A DNA stretch of 54,177 nucleotides from Candidatus Levyibacteriota bacterium (GTDB lineage Bacteria > Patescibacteriota > Microgenomatia > Levybacterales > UBA12049). Location of the stretch: positions 1 to 54,177 of the forward strand of contig JBBSGT010000005.1 in the NCBI GenBank assembly GCA_038253825.1. Direction: 5' to 3'. Positions within the stretch are counted from its first letter, which is position 1. The number at the start of each line of letters is the position of its first letter. Below, piece by piece: positions 48,098 through 54,177 of the stretch. Under the pieces are notes generated by a model that was given only the letters and a program-made list of their open reading frames with translations, made no database searches and was not told where the DNA came from. Both the position numbers and the translations under genes were made by a program.

Positions 48098-49906
48098 ATG
48101 CCCGACTCCTATTCTGCCGCACAATCCAGTCTTTCTTTTGCGAAGTTGGTAGCAACTCCCACCGATACAGCGTGGTCGCAATCATATAATGCCGGGAATC
48201 TTTTTGTCTGTATTTCTTTGGCGACCCAAAATGCTCCTGAAGAATTTTCATTGCAATCAGTAGGAAAAGAATTATTTGATGTTCTTCAATCAGAATTCTT
48301 TACTCTCGAACAAAAAGACACAGAACACATCAAAAAGGCAATGCAAATCAGCCTTGAAAAAATACCACAAGACATCGAAGCTTCAATCACTCTCACCTTT
48401 TTTAAGGAGAGTATGCTTTCTATTTTTATTGCAGGCAGCGGAAAAGTCGTCATGAAACGCCAGGAAAAAGTTGGAGTTCTCCTCCAGAAACATAAAACAT
48501 CTACCAACATAATCACAACTGCCTCAGGATTTTTACAAAATGGCGATACCATTGTTATTGAGACAGGACCCTTTGCGCAAGAAATTCCCCATGAGACAGT
48601 AAGACATGCCCTTGACCTTGAACATCCCAATGATATTGTGGAAGCACTTTCCCCCCAAATGCATGCACAAGATAACGGAACACTGGCAGCTATTGTCATT
48701 ACCTATCGCGGCGCATCACACACTGAGAAAATGATTACAGAAGAAGTCCCATCCGAAGAACTGGCAGAACCCGAAGAACAAACAGTAGGTACACTCTATG
48801 ACTCTGACAACCTTAGAATTCCTGAACAAGAATTATCTGAAGAGGCACCGCCTGAAAAAGAACAGTCAGCTAAAAAATCTTTTTCACTGCCGTCACTTCC
48901 TCATACCAATTTCCATCTTTCGCATCGACGTAAACTTTTTCTTAACATTGCGCTGATTTTATTATTGTTGCTCGGTGCAAGTATATTCTTTACCGTAAAG
49001 AAAAAAACAGATAATCAGCAAAAAGCGTTTTTCCAAAGTATTTATCCACAAGCGCAGCAGGATTATCAGACAGGCCAAGGTTTGGAGACCTTAAATCCTC
49101 AGCTCAGTCAGGAAAATTATCAAAAAGCAGAGAGCTTATTAAAAGACGGTGAAACAAAAATCAAAAAGGGCTCAGATTATTATAACCAAATGGACTCCCT
49201 CTTGGTCAAAGTTGAAAGTTCACTCAATACGAGTACGACCGGACAAACCACTGCGACTAAAGAAGTTACGCCAAATAAAAATTCATTACTGCAAATTGAA
49301 AAATCGAACAAGGATGGCATTGCCTTTGGAGAAGATGCAAATGATGTGTATATGATTACGACAACTGCAATAAGCACGATTTCAAAAGCCAGCAGTGACA
49401 AGAAAGATATTATCAAAAATACCAATTACTGGAGTTCACCCCAAGCAATCGTTCCCTATCAAGGGAATATCTACGTGCTTGATCAAAAAGGTGGTGTCCT
49501 GAAATTTGTGGTAGGATCGGGCGGGTTTGGTAAATCATCGTATTTTGTAAGCAATGCACCTGATCTCTCACAAGCGGCAGGTATGGCCATTGATGGATCA
49601 GTGTGGCTCGTCCTCAAAGGCGGTTCTCTCCTCGAGTACACGAAAGGCAAATCCAACGGAGTACAAATAACAGGTCTACAAAACCCATTAAAGAGTCCTA
49701 TCAAGCTTGTCACTGACATCAGCATGGAGCATGTGTATGTTCTTGATCAGGGAACGAGCAGGATTGTACAGTTTGATAAACACGGCGCCTATCAAAATGC
49801 ATATATGAATCCTCTGCTTGGGAAAGCAACTGATTTCACTGTTTCTGAAAAGAGCAAAGAGATTTTAGTTTTGTCCGGAGGAAAAGTTTGGCAAATTAAT
49901 TTATGA
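48098..49906 (+). CDS. membrane protein: degenerate PP2C-like N-domain, TM helix, NHL-like beta-propeller
   Basis: ASGFLQNGD, acidic linker, one TM helix, GNIYVLD, AIDGSVW, VYVLD...RI repeats. Confidence 0.75.
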   Translation: MPDSYSAAQSSLSFAKLVATPTDTAWSQSYNAGNLFVCISLATQNAPEEFSLQSVGKELFDVLQSEFFTLEQKDTEHIKKAMQISLEKIPQDIEASITLTFFKESMLSIFIAGSGKVVMKRQEKVGVLLQKHKTSTNIITTASGFLQNGDTIVIETGPFAQEIPHETVRHALDLEHPNDIVEALSPQMHAQDNGTLAAIVITYRGASHTEKMITEEVPSEELAEPEEQTVGTLYDSDNLRIPEQELSEEAPPEKEQSAKKSFSLPSLPHTNFHLSHRRKLFLNIALILLLLLGASIFFTVKKKTDNQQKAFFQSIYPQAQQDYQTGQGLETLNPQLSQENYQKAESLLKDGETKIKKGSDYYNQMDSLLVKVESSLNTSTTGQTTATKEVTPNKNSLLQIEKSNKDGIAFGEDANDVYMITTTAISTISKASSDKKDIIKNTNYWSSPQAIVPYQGNIYVLDQKGGVLKFVVGSGGFGKSSYFVSNAPDLSQAAGMAIDGSVWLVLKGGSLLEYTKGKSNGVQITGLQNPLKSPIKLVTDISMEHVYVLDQGTSRIVQFDKHGAYQNAYMNPLLGKATDFTVSEKSKEILVLSGGKVWQINL

Positions 49907-51430
49907 GCCATTGTTCTCATGAACAGTTTGTGGCTTTTCAAAAATAGCCGCGGTTTTGTCACAATAGACTTCTCGCCAACCCATATTTCTTACTTGTTGT
50001 ATTACTCCATAGAATGAAAACTCTGATAAAAAGATTTTACTCAAAAAACTATTCTTTGAAAAAGTAATACCAAAAAGTTTCATCGAAGGTTGTGTTAAAT
50101 CTCCTACTGGGACAAGAAGCGTACTAATATGATATTTATCCGTAAATGCCCCAAACGTGATTTTTCCCTTCAAGACTTTTCTGTAATCATCAAAAGCATA
50201 ATTACTTTCTCCTTTTTTATTGGCTTGCCAACGCCAACTCGGCATTCTCCCATCAATAAATACTTTCTTTTGCGGCAATTGCCAATCAAGATAACCACCC
50301 CAATCATAAGAAGAAAAAATCTGTTCTTCTGGCACATGCTGCCCGATATAAATCACAGCGTCTCTCGGATACAGATGTTGATTTATTTTCAACACATAGG
50401 TACCATAAAAAAAGAAAGCAACTTGTGGTAAAAAGAATATCAGGGCAATAATGAAAAAACCTTTATAAGCAGTTACTAATCGTTTTTTTCCATACTTGTG
50501 TTTGACAGCATCTTTTTCCAATAAAGAAAAGCCACGCATTGTTAAGGCAAAAGACGCAATTATCCAAAGAGGGATATTGCGCATGCTGAGGAGTCCTTCG
50601 ATGAGAAGGAAAAAATAAAGAAACAACTCAGTCAACGTATAGTGCCGACGATACCTAACGATGAAAAAGACTGATAACGAAAAATAAATCCAAAACGCGA
50701 TATTGGTGAAGTAAATGGCAGGATACCATTCAGCAATAGTCCCTCGTATCTGCGTATCGGTTAATTGCATCAAGAATTCTCCCCACAACCTGATACCAAA
50801 TGGATTAATTAGTGTCGCCAGAATACAAAGACCGAGAATAACCATTCGCTCTTTTACCAACTTTTTTTCTTCCCAAATTCTTCCCACGAGAACAATTCCT
50901 AAGACACCAATGCCAATACCAAATCCTCCATGGAGGTTTGCCCAAAGGAAAAATAAGAATGGGAGAAAATATTTCCATCGTTGCCACAACTTTTTTTGCC
51001 AAAGAACACAAAGAAGAAATGATAAAAAGAACCAAGTAATAAGCTGTGTACGAACTCCTACAAATTCAAAAAGCGTTCCTCCAGCCAAAAAGAGGAGAAT
51101 ACTCACCCATTTCTTTTCGACAATACTAGCCTGCAATAATAAACTCCCCACTGCAAAAAAAGTAGACAAAAGTAATAATGGAAGCAATCCCAATTTGTTA
51201 AAAGTATTTGCCCAAATGACATTGGTTAACCATTCATGATCCACAAATGGATAACTCGGCATCGAGTAAGAAAACGGATCTGTATACGGAATACCATTGT
51301 ATAATATATCGCTACCAGCACGAATATGCCATCCAAAGTCAGGATCCGGGACTGCAATTCCTCGCAGAAGAAATGCAACAAAAATAAGAACAAATAATAG
51401 GACAAGTACCCACTGTTGCGCAAGTCTCAT
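49901..51430 (-). CDS. multi-pass GT-C-like membrane glycosyltransferase
   Basis: DPDFGWHI..G, DHEWL, WANLHGGF, INPFG, YDWGGYL, FIDGR. Confidence 0.75.
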   Translation of the reverse strand: MRLAQQWVLVLLFVLIFVAFLLRGIAVPDPDFGWHIRAGSDILYNGIPYTDPFSYSMPSYPFVDHEWLTNVIWANTFNKLGLLPLLLLSTFFAVGSLLLQASIVEKKWVSILLFLAGGTLFEFVGVRTQLITWFFLSFLLCVLWQKKLWQRWKYFLPFLFFLWANLHGGFGIGIGVLGIVLVGRIWEEKKLVKERMVILGLCILATLINPFGIRLWGEFLMQLTDTQIRGTIAEWYPAIYFTNIAFWIYFSLSVFFIVRYRRHYTLTELFLYFFLLIEGLLSMRNIPLWIIASFALTMRGFSLLEKDAVKHKYGKKRLVTAYKGFFIIALIFFLPQVAFFFYGTYVLKINQHLYPRDAVIYIGQHVPEEQIFSSYDWGGYLDWQLPQKKVFIDGRMPSWRWQANKKGESNYAFDDYRKVLKGKITFGAFTDKYHISTLLVPVGDLTQPSMKLFGITFSKNSFLSKIFLSEFSFYGVIQQVRNMGWREVYCDKTAAIFEKPQTVHENNGS

Positions 51431-51507
51431 TGTTTTATTGTATAGCAAAATGTAGCTACAAAAAGTTATGTCCTTTCAAAATACAACCAGTGGGGTATAA
51501 TGAGAGC

Positions 51508-51966
51508 ATGAAAATTATCAATCGCAAAGCGACATTTGATTACACATTGCAGGAGCATTTTGAGGCTGGAATTAATCTCGTTGGCGCCGAAGTAAAAGCA
51601 GTAAGACTTGGTCATGCCGATTTATCGGGGAGTTTTGTGCGGATTCTTCATGGACAAGCCCAACTCGTCAATGCCAAAATTTATCCCTATGCCTTCGCCC
51701 GCTCCGATACATTTGAAGAAACCCGCACTCGAAAACTTCTTTTACACAAAAAGGAAATCATCTCATTGAAGTCAAAAATGGACGGATCAAACTTGACAAT
51801 CGTGCCTGTTTCGTTGTATACTAGCCATAACAGAATCAAAGTTGAAGTAGCCTTAGCTAAGGCAAAAAAGAAAACAGATAAAAAAGAAGCAATCAGAAAC
51901 CGGGACATTGACAGAGATACAGAAAGAGAGTTGCGAGGCAAAAAGTCGCTTATCGAAAGAAAGTAA
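51508..51966 (+). CDS. smpB: SsrA-binding protein
   Basis: NRKATFDY, EAGI.L.GAEVK, RKLLLHKKEI; adjacent to ssrA. Confidence 0.97.
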   Translation: MKIINRKATFDYTLQEHFEAGINLVGAEVKAVRLGHADLSGSFVRILHGQAQLVNAKIYPYAFARSDTFEETRTRKLLLHKKEIISLKSKMDGSNLTIVPVSLYTSHNRIKVEVALAKAKKKTDKKEAIRNRDIDRDTERELRGKKSLIERK

Positions 51967-52009
51967 AATTCGACATTCGCTATAGAAATTAAACAATTAA
52001 TTTTTAACT

Positions 52010-52431
52010 GGGGATGATTTGATTCGACGAGAAAAGTACCTTAAAACTGCAAGCCGACGATGATCAATAGTCGTAAAACGAGGTCAAAAAATAAATGCTA
52101 ACACTAGCATGAGAGCAAAGCTCGTAGCTATGCGTGACGAAACTCTCGCAGAGCTCAAAGCCCTTACAGGCTCGAACTTTGTTGGCAACCAATTAGCGTT
52201 AAGTTAATCGAGTAGCCTGTTTATATATGTCTTTCCTCACTGGGACTGTATAGGCAACAACACAGGTGGGGAAAACCTTAAAAGAATGGTTTGACTTTTA
52301 TTGTATTTATTAACCTATGCTTTGTTACTCCGGTCGACAGGAAAAGGCAAAGTGAATCAAAATAGTCGACTACGCTTGTAGATGTTTTAACTAATTTTAC
52401 TCGGACTCCGGTTCACTGCCGGACATCTCCA
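52010..52431 (+). ncRNA. ssrA: tmRNA
   Basis: 5' GGGGATG pairs with 3' CATCTCC-A including G3:U70; GATTCGAC near the 5' end; T-arm TCCGG-TTCACTG-CCGGA; resume context ATAAAT-GCT at 52097. Confidence 0.95.
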
Positions 52432-52511
52432 CACAATCATTTAAAAACGCTTCTAATCGCTAATACCCGCAAATAATGGATATATGATCAGAATTAGCCT
52501 CAAAAATATAT

Positions 52512-52591
52512 ACGCTTCTAAACGCTTCTAAACGCTTCTAAACGCTTCTAAACGCTTCTAAACGCTTCTAAACGCTTCTAAACGCTTCTAA
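52512..52591. repeat. 10-bp tandem repeat (AACGCTTCTA) x about 8
   Basis: Perfect tandem units; one isolated copy near 52446-52456. Confidence 0.97.
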
Positions 52592-54030
52592 GTTTTAGGG
52601 CTGAGTATATAGGAGATATTATTGGATGTACCTCTAATTTCGAGGTAACCTAACTCGACCATTTTCTTTAGATCATTGTTAATGGTTGCACGTGACAAAT
52701 CACGCAATAAGCTATGAACCACACCTGCAGTGATTTGACTTTTATCTTGTAACTGCGCCCAGATCATTACCTGCCGTTCAGATAACTCTTTGAATTTTTT
52801 GCCTAACAGCGTTACTTTGAAGGTATTTGAAACATTCTTAAAGATAGGTTCTACAAGTTCCCACTCTGCCATCTTAGAATAAATTAGGTCGATACCACGA
52901 CCAAACTCTTCCATATAATCAAGATCTCTCATAATCTTCGCAATTACGTCGTTCCTACTAAATTGCGCATTTTTAAGATTCTCAATAGTTACTCCTGGAG
53001 GTAGTGTACCAGGATTAGAAACTTCAATTCTGTTAGAGAAAATTGTAACTTGTACATACGTACCCTTGTTTGAATAATCGCGATGAACGACGGCATTAAC
53101 GATAACCTCTCTTAAAGCTAATTCGGGATACTCGGGTGTTTCTACTCTTTTACTACCAACTATTTTTGCTTCTGTACGTATGTTACGTAAGATGAACTTG
53201 AGTACTTCATCGACCTGAAAATCTAAAGTCCCATATATGTCGGCCTTATCGATTATTGAACTTGATGTGGTGCTTCCTGCGTAACGTACACATCTGATGA
53301 TGTATCGAGAAAGTTCATCAATTTGCTGTGGTGGCTCAGAAGAAAATATCATTGTTCCAGCTAATGTTGGGTACCTAGTTCCGTCATACTCCGCAATTAT
53401 GCCTAAGTTCTTTTGTACTGTGAGGTCATTTGTACCTGCTGGAAAGATTCGTTTCGTTCTTACAGCACTTTTATCAAGATATGTTTGAATTTTGTCTTCT
53501 GACAGAATTGAAAGTGGCTGTTCTAAAGCTCTTTTATCATAGTTGTAAGCAGGAGTATATCTTAAAAACGCCCTTAACTCCTCTTCAGTAATTTGCCTAT
53601 TAGCATTGCCAGAACGCACACAAGCTCCTCTATCCATGCCAAGATCTGTACAATAACATGGTTTGTTCTCTTTAGGAGTCTCATCAACCAACAGCACAAG
53701 CAGTTCATGCCCCTCACACTTCACTATTTTCAGTGAGTATTCAGCCCTGTTTGCGATTTTTTGTTCCATGAGAGATACAATTTTTTCTTGAAGAGTTGCT
53801 AAGTCGAGCTTACCAACAATACTTACATTACGTGGGTGTTGTGTAGATTCTGAGACCCCAAACACAACCATTCCGCCCCCAGGGCTGTTTGAAAATGCAG
53901 TAATAGCCTTCCATAAGTCGGTTGGTATACCTGAACGAGCATCTTTAAATTCAACTAAATCTGATTCCGTTTTTGACCCAATTGCAGCAATGATATGCTC
54001 AATTATTTGTTTTTCTTGTAGGTGAACCAT
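52588..54030 (-). CDS. Schlafen/AlbA_2 + HATPase_c_4 + wHTH protein
   Basis: ESDLVEFK, AFSNSPGGGMVVFGV, ALREVIVNAVVHRDY, SNPG, FGRG, C-terminal HTH; TGG-TATAAT 7 nt before ATG 54030. Confidence 0.88.
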   Translation of the reverse strand: MVHLQEKQIIEHIIAAIGSKTESDLVEFKDARSGIPTDLWKAITAFSNSPGGGMVVFGVSESTQHPRNVSIVGKLDLATLQEKIVSLMEQKIANRAEYSLKIVKCEGHELLVLLVDETPKENKPCYCTDLGMDRGACVRSGNANRQITEEELRAFLRYTPAYNYDKRALEQPLSILSEDKIQTYLDKSAVRTKRIFPAGTNDLTVQKNLGIIAEYDGTRYPTLAGTMIFSSEPPQQIDELSRYIIRCVRYAGSTTSSSIIDKADIYGTLDFQVDEVLKFILRNIRTEAKIVGSKRVETPEYPELALREVIVNAVVHRDYSNKGTYVQVTIFSNRIEVSNPGTLPPGVTIENLKNAQFSRNDVIAKIMRDLDYMEEFGRGIDLIYSKMAEWELVEPIFKNVSNTFKVTLLGKKFKELSERQVMIWAQLQDKSQITAGVVHSLLRDLSRATINNDLKKMVELGYLEIRGTSNNISYILSPKT

Positions 54031-54177
54031 TTGATGAATTATACCACGTATAATAGAGTCATTGAAAACCGAAGGAATTGATAAATTTCTTTCTGAGAGA
54101 GGTAATATTTGGGTTGCATAATTATACCACCTGGCAAAGTCCATTAGTTTTTGCACAGTAACCAAGCATTGAACCAA

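Noticed and set aside
52400-52435. Stand-alone tRNA gene
   Set aside because: The T-arm and acceptor strand pair with 52010-52016 and belong to the tmRNA; there is no anticodon arm.
52512-52591. CRISPR array
   Set aside because: The units are 10 bp, directly abutting, with no spacers and no cas genes.
303-53488. Numerous 60-175 aa antisense or nested ORFs in the track (e.g. 1482-1895, 8289-8690, 36978-37445, 41781-42239, 50715-51239)
   Set aside because: They are shadows of well-supported genes or of the clp relic, with no motifs or initiation signals.
54031-54177. N-terminal extensions given by the ORF track (also for sodN, msrA, nrdR, gap, gdhA, glpX, smpB)
   Set aside because: The extensions run through promoter-like sequence or neighbouring genes; family homology starts at the downstream ATG.

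Overview
A 54-kb chromosomal segment in standard genetic code 11. Gene content (VirD4-like ATPase, bPH_2 membrane proteins, DUF5667, SpoIID, CvpA-CAP fusion, glycolysis and pentose-phosphate genes) suggests a CPR/Patescibacteria genome, probably Microgenomates; this is inference, not a database result. Most of the window is housekeeping: femAB, trpS, def, gap/pgk/glpX/rpe/rpiB, PBP1A, mgtA/corA/mscS, smpB-ssrA. The main find is the minus-strand locus at ~25.8-31.7 kb: an NrdR-boxed promoter, nrdR, a DUF6941-like gene, nrdJ (B12-dependent RNR), cobalamin riboswitch 1, pduO, cobalamin riboswitch 2, an uncharacterised soluble 469-aa protein with an NrdJ-like Cys tail, and an unannotated 49-aa triple-CxxC microprotein. 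Other notable items: a tmRNA with a 36-codon tag ending LALS, NiSOD (sodN/sodX), an Fe-S-less MutY carrying an in-frame palindromic element, a Cys-to-Asp peptide deformylase, apparent pervasive leaderless transcription, a recurring 11-bp-period operator, three disrupted genes, and a 10-bp tandem array plus an AlbA_2 gene right after ssrA. All calls come from reading motifs by eye; no searches were run.
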